64,000 nt of DNA from Sphyrna mokarran (Eukaryota): positions 36,828,001-36,892,000 of the forward strand of contig JAGIQG010000003.1 of NCBI GenBank assembly GCA_024679065.1, read 5' to 3'. The translations under genes were made by a program, and so were the position numbers. The notes beneath the pieces are model-generated. The model ran no database searches. It had not been told where the DNA came from and saw only the letters and a list, made by a program, of their open reading frames with translations. Every line of letters begins with the position of its first letter. The first letter of the stretch is position 1. Below are positions 1-11,360 of this stretch, one piece after another.

Positions 1-2552
1 TCAATAGCGGATGAATCAATATGGCATTCAGGTATGACAGCAGGACATGCACAATCAAACCCAGCCTGCCACAGAATATCGGACTAAACCACAGATACAT
101 AATTAATTAGGTTACGGCAGGAAGATGTGGCATGGTTTCCCTTTTGCCTCTGCAGTAGGGAGCACCTCCGTCCCCATGGAAGATACTTTGGTCCTTCCTG
201 CTGGCTAGGTCTTCCAGTCCCACCGACAGTGACCCCCTGTGCTGGGTTCTCCAGTGTTGGAGAGAGAGCACATCGGAAAAAGCCATTGACCTTGGCAGGA
301 TCTGAAGACCCACCATTAGCCAACAGCGGGTCAAGTCTACCACCACAAAACATGTCACTGGGGATGTGGACACAAAATCCCTCCCAATGAACTTGGAAAA
401 ATATTTTATATTGTACAACAAAAGTAAAATCAAGAGAACATGGTTAAAACAAGTGAACAGCAAATTTAGGACTGAGATTTGTAAATAATTCTTCAATGAC
501 AGAGTAATCAACGCATGGAAAAATAACATATTAAGCAGTACGGGCAAACAGCCTGATATAATTCCTGAAACAATTCTAAAATGGGTGTATATCAAGATTT
601 TCCAGGCTGCATGGATTAAAATAAGCTGAAAAGTTTAGCCTAATGTGCAATTATCTGATGGTTAACTTGTACTTTATCATGGACAATTGGCACCACCCAG
701 ATGTTGTTGGTTATGTCCGAGAGGTTGATAGTATAAATTCAGGAAATATACCTTGAAGTTTGTGGAAAATCTAAAGCTCTACCCTTTGGTTTCAGGGGCT
801 TTAAAGGTGTGCTACATTTTTTAGGTTTTCTACCCAGGTACTATTCAGGGATTTCAATATCATAGAACAGTCCATAAGAGAACCTACATTCTCAACATCT
901 AAAATGTGTCCTTCCATGCCCAATATCTAGGGAATTGCAATGATCCCAGATGTTGAACAGCGAACCATCATCATCAGATATATCATTGTTCAGAAATTGG
1001 ACCTCCCCTGTTTTTGGGAGAGCATGAGGGTGCAGGAGTGGCTGTGCTTAGCTCGATTCCCCCCCAGCCCCCATGCCTGGAGGGACAAAGGCCTCCAGAT
1101 TTTGCCTCAGGTCACATTTCAGTATTGCCCGTAAAAAGTGAGGAACCCACTGGTGAAGAGGAATTCAACTTTGGGTCATTGCTAGTATCGCAGTTGTGCT
1201 AAGGTAAATGCTCTTGGGCAATACATCAATTTATAGATTACAAGGGACCTTACATCTGAAAGAATTAGGCTCTATGAATACAATAGGCTGTACTGTCAGG
1301 ATCAGAGATCCTGTGGTTCTAATCACTTTAAGGTTGTAACTGATCCATTATGTTCAGTGAAAACTGACTCAAATTGTATTGGCCTGAGAAAAGGTTAACT
1401 GATATTTAGGGAGTCTGAATGCATAATGACATAGAAAACAGGAAGGTTAAATGTTAGGTTTCACCCTAACGGCACTGTAGGAGCACTTACAAAGAACAAA
1501 GAACAAAACAGCGCGGGAAACAGGCCCTTCGGCCCAACGAGCCCGCGCCGCCACCCCAATGTTCCCACCTCTACCCGTGATCCCTGTCTATGTTTATAGA
1601 TCTATGGATTAAAAACCAAATTTGAGACAATTTAGGGAGAATTTGTTTTGCCAATTAGCCTAAGAGCACATCTTTGGGATGTGGGAGGAAACCGGAGCAC
1701 CCGGAGAAAACCCATGCAAGCACGGGGAGAATGCGCAATAAACTGCAGTGGACAACTTCTTAAGGAAAACTGGAGCTGTTGATAAATGCTGGCCTTGCCA
1801 GTGACCCTCAAATCCCACAAAGGAATAGAAAAAAATTGAAGTTTACACGTCAATCAGATAATCCCAGGACCAATACAATTAGGTGGTGCATATAAAATAG
1901 AAGATTGCTTACTCTAGATGTGTTAATTCCTCTGTAAAAATAGGAGAAAAAAAAATTTCAAACAAAGACATTGGGCAGGATTTCAGAGCCTTGTTCAAGA
2001 GTGACTGGAAATTCCCACCTGATATCAATAGAGATTTCCGTTATTGGACCCTCGCCCTTGCCAATTCTGTGGCGGGTGAGGTGGTAGAGTTCTGGCTATT
2101 AATTTCTCACAGGATAATGTGAAGGTCCCAGTTTCAATGGAACTGACTAGGTGATATTTTCATCACGTTCAACTCCGCCTTCAAAAATTCCATAAAACGC
2201 AGGAAAAACCATACTGTGATTGGTTGATCATCCCTTACTTTTCAGTGCAATTGCATGTTCTTTGTCACAAAAGGAAACGAACAAACAAGAAGGTTCTTTT
2301 TGTTCAGTGGAGAACTCACCTCAGAGCAGTTGTCTTTCACATTAAACAAACACTACAGTGAGAGAAAGTTTCAATGGTCAAACAAATAATTGACAAAGAA
2401 ATCAGCATGATTTTTTTCAATAAATATGAAAAAAGTTAACTCTTAATTAATTTAGAGCTGAATTCATTCTTTTTAATTACTTCTCTTCCTTCATTTTGTA
2501 AACTTAGGTTTGCTAATTGGTAGCATGTGTTAATACATTGCAATGGACTTAC

Positions 2553-2706
2553 TTCCAGGTCCATCCCTGATTCTGGGCCCTGTTGGTTCTGTTTCCGCAT
2601 TTGTAGTAATCTGTGATTCCGTATCAACATCCGATTCTGTTTCATTCTCATCTTCATTGTCTGCATGGGTGAAGATCCAGTCCAATGCTCTCTCCAGGTT
2701 GTTATT
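2553..2706 (-). CDS. USP13: USP13 exon ~19 (NNNLERALDWIFTHADNED...GPRIRDGPG), 154 nt
   Basis: ttgtag|AAT...GGAA|gtaagt. Confidence 0.95.
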
Positions 2707-2756
2707 CTACAAAAACAGTCAGGCAACGATGAAATTTATTTTCATTGTTAAATCTA

Positions 2757-3148
2757 ATGAGTCCAGAGAGAAGAAGGCTGAGGGGTGATCTTATAGAAGT
2801 CTATAAAATAATGAGTGACATAGATCAGCTAGATAGTCAATATCTTTTACCAAAAGTAGTGGAGTCTAAAACTAGAAGGCAAGGGTTTAAGGTAAAAAGA
2901 GAAAAAAAATACAAAAGGGCCAGAGGGACAATTTGAGTGGGAGTGTCTGGAACAAGCTGCCATAGGGTAGCAGTATATGCAGATACAATTTTGTCTTTTA
3001 AAACCACTTAGACAGTTACATGTGTAAGATGGGTATAGAGGGATATGAGGCAAACCTAGCAACTGGAATTAGATTAGGGGGTTAAAATAAAGGGCAGCAT
3101 GGACAAGTTGGGCCAAAATAGTCTGTTTCCATGCTGTAAACCTCTATG
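2757..3148 (+). mobile_element. CR1 LINE 3' fragment
   Basis: ERRRLRGDLIEVYKIM...SKTRRQGFKV C-terminal CR1 ORF2 motif plus 3' tail. Confidence 0.85.
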
Positions 3149-4664
3149 GCTCCATGAATCTCATTAAAAAGCATCTTATTACATCTGTGGAGCGAAAAGG
3201 CACTAAAGTACCAACGAAGATACTGGATGGAATTTTCTGGCCTGTCCCGGCGACGGGATCTTTGAATCCCACCAAGGGCGACCCCCACCCCCCACCCCCG
3301 CCGTGGGTTCCCTGGTGGCTCGGACAATGAGCAAAGCAAATGACCATTGACTCCGATGGGATTAGAAGATTCAAGCTCTGCCACCTATATTGAACAAATG
3401 GTGTGATCAACTTCCACCACTAGATGGAGCCCAGAACTTGGTGAGCATTCAGAAGGGAAACCAGGAGCAGAGCCAGCAGCTGAGAACAAATCGCAAGGAA
3501 TAAAGAGCAGAGGCCAGGAGATAAGGATGGGAGTTGGTGAGGTCAAGAGGCAAGAGAGAGGAAAGGGTGAGTCAGCAATGCCAGGCGAGGCAAAGCCCCA
3601 ATAAGGAGATAGAGGGACTAAGAGATAAGGTGAAGGCACAGTGGCAAAAGGGATATCTATGGTAAATTACATTAAAGTGAAACTAGCAATGATAAGCAGA
3701 TGTATAACATTGTTTCAGAGTAACTTCATTGCATTGTTAATGTCAGTCTTATTTCTGACTAATAAATAAACTTCACTTTACCTTTTACTTTGTTATTTAA
3801 TATGTTAAAGTGTAAGAAAGTTAAGTGAATTGACATTAGCAAAGACCCACTGCATTTTGGTTGCATTAGTTACTTAATGTGAAATTATCTTTTCATTAGT
3901 TAAAAGCAACCAGTACAGCAAACTAATGTTTGATCAAAGTTGGTTTTGGTTTGTTTATTATAGTAAAAGTCTTAAAAACTTGGAATCTTGCCCTTTGTTT
4001 CTCTACATCTTCACTGGGAAATTTATCCCTTTTTACAAGTTATCAATCTTTACAGGAACTGTAACAATTTACAAGCCTAAACAAGCAGTTGGATGGTTAT
4101 TTGTGAAAAACCTAGACAACAGTCAAATTCAAATCTCTCTTTACAAATATACATAAAACCACAGCATCTGGATGTTTCAAGAGCAGCTCAGAGGTTAGGG
4201 ATTCTGTGGAGAGTAACTCGCCAAAGCCTGTCCACCATCTACAATGCACAAGTCAGGAGTGTAATGGAATACCCTCTACTTCCCTCAGTGCATCTCCAAC
4301 AACACTGAAGAAGCTTGTTATCTTCCAGGCAAAGCACCCCAGCCACCACCTTAAACATTCATTCCCTTTAACCATCAGCATTCTGTATCATCAGTACATT
4401 CCATCTATAAACACAATGCAGCAACTCACTAAACTAGCTTTGACTGCACAGTCGATTTGTGACTTCTACCACTTAAAAGGACAAAAGCAGCAAACACATG
4501 GTAACCCCACACTTTGCAAATTCCCGTCATCACCATCTATCCTGACTTTAATTGATATTCTGTTGCTTCACTATGTGGAGATGCTGGCATTGGACTGGGG
4601 TAAACACAGTAAGAAGTCTCAGAACACTAGGTTAAAGTCCAACAAGTTTATTTGGTAGCAAAAG

Positions 4665-4701
4665 CCACTAGCTTTCGGGCCTCTGACCCTTTGTCAGGTG
4701 A
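4665..4701 (-). ncRNA. minimal hammerhead motif, opposite arm (G8->A, probably inactive)
   Basis: TCAC-CTGACAA-A-GGGTC(AGA)GGCCC-GAAA-GC-TA-GTGG. Confidence 0.6.
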
Positions 4702-4730
4702 GTGGAGAGTTTATGATCAGAACTCTCCAC

Positions 4731-4767
4731 TCACCTGATGAAGGGTCAGAGGCCTGAAAACTAGTGA
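4731..4767 (+). ncRNA. minimal type I hammerhead ribozyme motif
   Basis: TCAC-CTGATGA-A-GGGTC(AGA)GGCCT-GAAA-AC-TA-GTGA: stem I TCAC/GTGA, core boxes, 5-bp stem II, UA cleavage site. Confidence 0.7.
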
Positions 4768-5347
4768 CTTTTGCTACCAAATAAACCTGTTGAACATTAA
4801 TCTGATGTTCTTCTTACTCTGTTGCTTCACTGTCACTGGGCCAAAAATCTGGAACTCCCTTCTGGACACAGTGGTGTGCCTACTCTAGATGGAATGCAGC
4901 GGTTGAAGATGCCAGTTCAACATCACCTTCTCAAGAGCAACTAGGAATTGGCAACAAATGCTAGCCTTGCCAGCAATGTTCACACCCCAGGAATAAATGA
5001 AAACAACTTGCCAGCAGACAGCACTGAACATAACACAGTAGAAGGGATGAGTTACCTAATTCAACACAAGTCATTGATGGAAGCAGAGATCTTCAAGGTC
5101 AACGTGGCTAAATATCATACAATTTCCACTTACTGACCAAGCCATCTACTTAAAACACAGATGCTTATGCATGAATAGGAACTGAAACTTTAACAAATTG
5201 CCATTTTTTATGAAAGATTTTATTTGAAAAGATAACTAAATATTTAAAAGTTTAGGACATAAGTAATAGTTTACATATTGATAGAAGGGGTGGGACACTC
5301 TGTGTTCAATGGCTTGCTATGAAAATACAATGAGAATTCAGACTTAC

Positions 5348-5517
5348 AGTTGCTTTCAGTGCGCGGATGGTCTGGTTCCTGGGAAATCCCATTGATGTAA
5401 TGATGGCAACAATCTCTTCTGGTGGCTGGTTTTCTACTGAAGAAGCCCCTCCAGCTAGGCCCACCTCATTATGGCTAACTTCATTATATCCTGATAGTGA
5501 TAGTGGTTCAGCAAAAT
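5348..5517 (-). CDS. USP13: USP13 exon ~18, linker and start of UBA2 (DFAEPL...NQPPEEIVAIITSMGFPRNQTIRALKAT), 170 nt
   Basis: cattag|ATTTT...ACT|gtaagt. Confidence 0.95.
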
Positions 5518-5558
5518 CTAATGGGGGGACAAGAAAGTTTCATTGATGATTTCAAATG

Positions 5559-5630
5559 TAGAACAAAGAAAAGTACAGCACAAAAACAGGCCCTTTGGCC
5601 CTCCAAGCGCATTCGATCATGATGCTTGCC
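5559..5630 (-). mobile_element. CR1 3' tail abutting the ERV 5' LTR
   Basis: tagaacaaagaaaagtacagcac...aggccctttggccc, typical reverse-oriented CR1 end. Confidence 0.65.
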
Positions 5631-5743
5631 TAATATAGTGGCCAAATTAGGTTTCTAAACACATAACCATAGATGTAAGAACACTAACATGACACTCACT
5701 TTCAAATGAATGATCCTGGATGATTATGGGAGCTTAAAAATGT

Positions 5744-7390
5744 AGAGATCAGCAGAGATGTAAGAGAGAATCCTGCAGGAGAGTTTACTGTGCAAGGGAC
5801 AGAGCATGAATGTATAGTATAGAAGGAGCGAGCAAAGGGGATTAGCAAAAGAACCACTCACTGGGGAGTCAGTGATTAATCTGTTAGTCGATGGTGCCAG
5901 GAAGTACGGCAATGGCCAACTCCGCACAGCATGGGTGATGGTGAATGACAAAGGAACAGTGATTGTAGGAGAACAAATTCCAGGGGGCAATTCAGCACAA
6001 GTAGCAGAATCGTTAGCTTTGACCAATGCTTTAGAATAGGGTAAAGGAAAACAAGTAAATGTGTTCACAGATAGCTGATATGCTTTTGGCATGGTCCATG
6101 ACTACATGACAGTTTAGGGAAGAAGGGGATTTGTTACATTTAGCGGGGGACATATCCAGCATAAACATCTAATCAGGAATTTATTTTAGGCAACTCATAG
6201 TTGCTTAGAAACTGCAGTAATAAAAATACAGGTCCATCAGATGATTTCTACCCAGGCCCAAGAAGAAAACAGTAGAGCAGATAAGGCAACTAAAAACCTG
6301 TTCCAGCAGAATTTGCGAGGAATCCAAATATCAAGTCTATCAGCAGCACAAGCCAGGGAAGTCACAGACATTGATGTGAAACAGATACAGGAACAGGCGT
6401 CAGAGGAAGAGAGACAGGAATGGGAATAATATGGAGGACAGAGAGGTCAAGGTGGCATAAAGAAAAGGGAAGGGAGATACCTCAGACCTTATTGGAGGCA
6501 TATTATGGATTAGCATACATGGGCCGAAGACTACATGTACAATCTTGTCAAAAGTGCCTGTGGTGCACCCGAGTAGAATGATGTTGTCTCTGCAAGATGG
6601 ATAATCAGCCACAGCCTAAAGGACCATAAGCAAGATTACAAATGATTTTACAGGACCCTTAGCCAGAGTGCAAGGAAAGACTTATTGTCTGGTAATTATT
6701 GATCAGTTTACCAGTGGGTAGAAGCATTCCCACGCAAAGATGCTGTAGCCAAAACAATGGCATTGATATTGGCAAATGATTTAATACCCAAGTGGATATT
6801 CCTCTTCAGTTAGATTCACACCAGGAAACCCATTTTACGGATGCCTGTAGAATATTGTGAATAAAGCAAAGATTTCACATACCATGCTACCCCAGAATTC
6901 AGGAATAGTAGTGAGGATGAATAGGACGTTAAAGAACAGTCTAGCCAAGGCTATTTTACAAGATTGAAATAATTGGGTGCAGTCTTTGCCTGTAATATTG
7001 TTACGACAAAGAGCTACTCTTTCTCGAGGAGCAGGGTTAACCCCTTTTGAACTGATGACGGGAAGAGAAATGGGCCTCACGGAGGATGCAATATCGAAAA
7101 CTTGAAATTAGTCGAACTGCAGTGTTTCAGCATATGAGAGAATTAATTGATTGTTTACATTTGCTTAAAATACAGATGATTACCCTTCAGTGCAGCACAG
7201 ACTGGATGGAGCTAGCAGAGGAGAATACTTCGAAGTTACTTACACCAGGAGATAAGGTAAAGGTGAAACTCATGACAGAAAAGAGTTTGAGGTCAAATGT
7301 GGAGGCCCTCATAATGTAATCATTGCAGGGCAAACACGCGCCCTCATTGAGAAACCCAGGCTGTGGTGGCGACACTGGATTCAATTAAAA
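5744..7390 (+). pseudogene. pol: ERV pol remnant: tether, RNase H and integrase
   Basis: NPA..GTEHEC..LLVDGA..NSAQVAESLALTNALE*GKGKQVNVFTDS*YAFGMVH; integrase DFTGPL..YCLVIIDQFT/WVEAFP..PQNSGIVVRMNRTLK..LTPFELMTGR; many stops and frameshifts. Confidence 0.9.
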
Positions 7391-7853
7391 CTGTATTTCA
7401 ATAAGTAATCATGAAGGAGTAAATATCAGTAGTCACCCAAGTGGATTTATAATCCTTCAGACTGGGATTGGGGGAGGGGGGGTGCTGGGTAATAATGGCT
7501 GTTACAGTAGCTTGAGAACTTCACTGGAGTAATTTGAATTTGTAAATTAGCAATTAGGTGAAGTTGGATAATAATGCAAAATAATCAGGGCAGCATTAGA
7601 GGGAAAATGATAGGAATGATTGAATTGATAAGGAATGAACTTAATGCTGCAAGGCATCAGACTTGTGTTTTATAGAGTTGTGAGAGAAGACAAGCCAAGC
7701 CTAAGTCCACATCCCAGTGGCAGGACAACAGGACTACATCAACACTGATGACAAGAAGACCACACCAAGAGTACCATGAGGTAATGTGAGATAGAATTGA
7801 ATTTTGCTTGTTTAACTTTGACCAGCAGGCAAAACTTGTGTAAAAGGAGAATC

Positions 7854-8915
7854 ATGACAATTTTAATAATGATTGTATGTGTTTCCATTTCCTTCTAGCA
7901 CTGATTATACAGACATTGGCTCAAACAGGACCAGCATCTAAGATCGTTCAGCATCTTCCTCAGGAAACACAAGTTAATACTAATGTTTAGCACACATGAG
8001 GACATTACATATTAGATTTTTAAGTTAGGAGATAAGAGAGTAGTTTCATCACAACAAAGAGGCCTGTGCAGGAAGGCTAATTGTATGTAGAGTACACATT
8101 AGTTTAAAAATTAATAGGTTCAGTCCCTAGTCTAGATTTAAAGCAGCACCTACACTGAGATAAATGTATTGCACAGAGAAGTTGGGAATTCTTGGAAAAA
8201 CTTAGGAGTAAGTAAAAGCCATTATACAGTAAGCCCAAGGAGTACGCTATGCCTGAATCCTCCCAGTAATGATCAATCATTTAATAGATCGCATTGCTTC
8301 AAATGAACTATAATATCCAACTTAAAAATGGTACATTGGATTCATGGAGATAACATTCCCTGTTGGATGGAAGGGATCTTGTTACCTAAAGAAACTTCCA
8401 CACGTGTATAAACTCCAAGATGCTGGTGAGCTATGACAGAAGGAGAACCATTTTCGGCATTATATTTACCTAATACAGAGTAGTTAGAACAATGTGAGAG
8501 ATAACTGTGCGTTCCATTGTGAAACAAGTTGCCAATACTGAAGCTGCTCTCATGAAGATCAGTGGTGAGATGGTTGCCATGGATACAGAGGGATTATGAT
8601 GGCATTGGATTGCGTCTTGGCAGCAAGGGGTGGAACATGTGCAGTAATTGAATCAGCATATTGCACTTCGTACCAGATAGTAAGGTAAACATAACTAATC
8701 TGGTTGTACACATCAAGAGGAGGTGGAGAAATTCAAAAACCCTGAACCATTTACTTGGGTGGTTGGCTCTCAGGCTGGATAGGCTCTCCAGGAACATTGA
8801 CCTTGGAAGGGATTTCATTATTTTCACTGTGATCCTAGTGTTAGTAATATTTACATACCTGATCAAATATGAAGTGCACAACTTTCTAAATCCACAAGAG
8901 AAACAGCATCAATGA
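7854..8915 (+). pseudogene. env: ERV env remnant (gamma-type TM)
   Basis: At 8599 MALDCVLAARGGTCAVIESAYC = ISD plus degenerate CX6CC; downstream hydrophobic FIIFTVILVLVIFTYLI; possible signal MTILIMIVCVSISF at 7854 (start uncertain). Confidence 0.85.
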
Positions 8916-9789
8916 CAGCAGGTAAGGTAAAGAGGAAGGGAATCTGAAAGTCGATTTACTTAGTAAGGATAAGATTAGTTACTTAGGCACATCAATTTAT
9001 CGGCTTCAGTTGGTCCCTGGCCAACAGCCAAAAGGAGGAGACTGATGTAACAGGGCTAATTAGGCTAATAGACACATAACCATAGATTTAATAACACTAA
9101 CACAACACTAACTTTCAAATGATCTTGGATTATGGGAACATAAACCAGCCAGGGCTGCTGTTGCCATAGAAGACAGCTCTGCATAATTAATAAATATTTC
9201 CCATTTAAAACATGTATTTTAAATTTACAAGATGGACGTGTTTTGTTTTTGGTTACATTTTGTGAAATTTCAGTCAGTGACCAAATACAGGGAAAGGGAA
9301 GGAACAATGGATTCACTGAAAGCAGTAATGCTATCAGCAGTGGTGGGGAATAAGATGGCTACCAATGGTAGCCTTACGAATAGGATCATACAATTCCGAG
9401 AGATAAACAGGTGGGGAGCAGACATGAAGAATTTCTCAGGGTCGGATGAGAGTCACATGGGTTCAGTTCAGTGGGAATCATCCTCCCATTTCATGGTCCA
9501 GCATCCCATATTGCTGCAACAGAAGGGAGGTAACATCCATAATTTAAGGACAAATTAAATCTCATTAGGTCATGATGTGTATTGTTATTGGCTGGAGTTA
9601 ATGACAGGATGATTATTGACTGGTTTGTATTAATGTTTACTGGATAATGCCCACCGAAAAGGTAGGCAACATGACTTTGGGAATCTACAATTTTCCTTCA
9701 CAGAGGCATTGTTCTTAGACTGATATCGGGCTGCCCACATTCTATAGTTTGACTCTGCTACTTTAGGAAAGAGCATCTGATTATCAACA

Positions 9790-9883
9790 GACGGAAACAC
9801 TGGAAAATTTTAGCAGGTCTAGCAGCATCTGTAAAGAGAGGAAAGAGCTAACATTTCGAGTCCAGATGAACCTTTGTACAGCT
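9790..9883 (-). mobile_element. Penelope-type terminal repeat with degenerate hammerhead motif
   Basis: agctgtacaaaggttcatctggactcgaaatgttagct...acagatgctgctagacctgct; same family as 11105-11201. Confidence 0.7.
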
Positions 9884-10590
9884 ATGTCTTGCTGTATCCT
9901 CTGACAATCTTCCTCACTATCTGCAACTCCATCAGACTAGCTACATTTTCCTCGAAATCATTCATATATACTATGAACAACAAAAGTCCCAGAACTGATC
10001 CCTGTGGAACACCGCTAGTCACAGCCTTCCTTTCAGCAAAGCACCCCTCTGTCTTCTATGGCCAAGCCAGTTCTGCATCCATCTTGCCAACTCTCCTCTG
10101 ATCCTGTGTGACTTCACCTTTCGTGCCAGTCTACCAAGAGGTACCTTGTGAAAGGCTTTGTTGAAGTCCATGTGCACAACATCCACTGTCCTTCCCTCAT
10201 TTATCATTTTTGTTACTTTCTCAAAAAACTCAATCAAGTTAGTAAGGCACGACCTATCCTTTACAAAACCATGCTGTCATTAATAAGTCCATTTGTTCCT
10301 AAATGTGAGTAATTCCTGTTCCTAAGAATCTGTTCCAATAATTTCTCTACCATTGACGTAAGGCTCACTGGCATATAATATCCTGCATTATCCCTGCTGT
10401 CCTTCTTAAACAAAGAAACAACATTGGGTATCCTCCAATCCTCTGGCACTTTACCTAAAGCCAATGAGAATACAAAGATTTCTATCAAAGCCCTGGCAAT
10501 TTCCGCCTTGCCTTCCTCAGTATTCTGGGCTAGATGCCATTAGATGTGGGGATTTATCTACTTTAATCTTTTTAAGATGCCCAATACCTC
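9884..10590 (-). mobile_element. CR1 LINE RT fragment
   Basis: VPEDWRIPNVVSLFKK...YMPVSLTSMVEKLLE; VDVVHMDFNKAFHKVP...WMQNWL. Confidence 0.9.
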
Positions 10591-11162
10591 CTCCTTTTAT
10601 AAAGAAACAATTTATTGATTAAAAAACCTTTCCTCTCGGCAGTTTTAATAGTCCACCTCCCAAGCCAATATGTTAGATTTGCAACAGATACAAACCACTG
10701 AGCCACCCTCTGGTATTTTTATTTTCATAATTCCTTAATACTGTTTTAATAAAAGTCCTTTCAGAAAATGTACAACTAAAATTTAAAATTTGGAGCAAGA
10801 TTCCAAAGAGTACAAACTTCTGGAGGAGTGATCAACTATATGACTTAACTGTGGCAGCTGCTTTTCCCTACCACCAGCAAAGCAGATATTTATATGACCA
10901 TTGCCTCATTCCGAGAAGATGTTAAGATATTTCACACCAGCCCATTTTAGTTTTATTTTTGGCAACTATGAATACTTCTGAATAAGCTGGTCCATCAGTA
11001 TTACTAAGCATCTCACTGAAACACAAACTGAATTTACCACTACATAGTTCATCAGAAAACCCGAAAGCATTTGCTGCCATGTATTGGTTACCTGACTTCA
11101 AAGCTTAAGAGAAAATGCCAGGAAAATCTCAGCAGGTCTCAGCATCTGTAAGGAGAGAAAAG

Positions 11163-11201
11163 AGCTGATGTTTCGAGTCCAGATGACCCTTTGTCAAAGC
11201 T
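11163..11201 (-). ncRNA. minimal hammerhead motif, U3-A8 core variant, within a Penelope-type repeat (11105-11201)
   Basis: AGCT-TTGACAA-A-GGGTC(ATCTG)GACTC-GAAA-CA-TC-AGCT. Confidence 0.6.
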
Positions 11202-11216
11202 GGCTTCTAACCTTAC

Positions 11217-11360
11217 CAGGTTCTTCCATATGTGCTATGATCCAGTTAAAGGCTAACTCAGCCCCCAGGTTTCCTGTGTAGTATACGGCTTTCCGACACG
11301 CCTCTAGTGGAAAACCCATTTCAGCCAGCTGCATCACTGCTGATTCATCAATGTCAGGAG
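11217..11360 (-). CDS. USP13: USP13 exon ~17, UBA1 (APDIDESAVMQLAEMGFPLEACRKAVYYTGNLGAELAFNWIIAHMEEP), 144 nt
   Basis: gtacag|CTCCT...CCTG|gtaagg. Confidence 0.97.

Larger units (their letters stand above)
4573..4817. mobile_element. 245-bp palindromic non-autonomous element (Penelope-derived) with 14-bp TSD
   Basis: Arms ~4607-4711 and ~4721-4817 are inverted copies around tgatca; TSD tctgttgcttcact at 4559-4572 and 4818-4831. Confidence 0.85.
4161..5000 (+). mobile_element. LINE (CR1/L2 superclade) 3' fragment, interrupted by the palindromic element
   Basis: RAAQRLGILWRV...LSTIYNAQVRSVMEY; tail shared with 13110-14090 and 56510-57140. Confidence 0.75.
5631..9144 (+). mobile_element. degraded class I (gamma/epsilon-like) endogenous retrovirus with gag-pro-RT deleted
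   Basis: Direct repeats at 5631-5738 and 9043-9144; PPT aaaaggaggagac before TGATGTAA; RNase H, integrase and env TM remnants in order. Confidence 0.9.

Noticed and set aside
1-2552. USP13 His-box exon (YELFAFISHMG..GHY)
   Set aside because: No such sequence found on the minus strand here; it should lie beyond the window start.
5724-7080. Minus-strand ORFs 5724-6092 and 6835-7080 as viral antisense genes
   Set aside because: They are shadows of the plus-strand pol remnant with no independent features.
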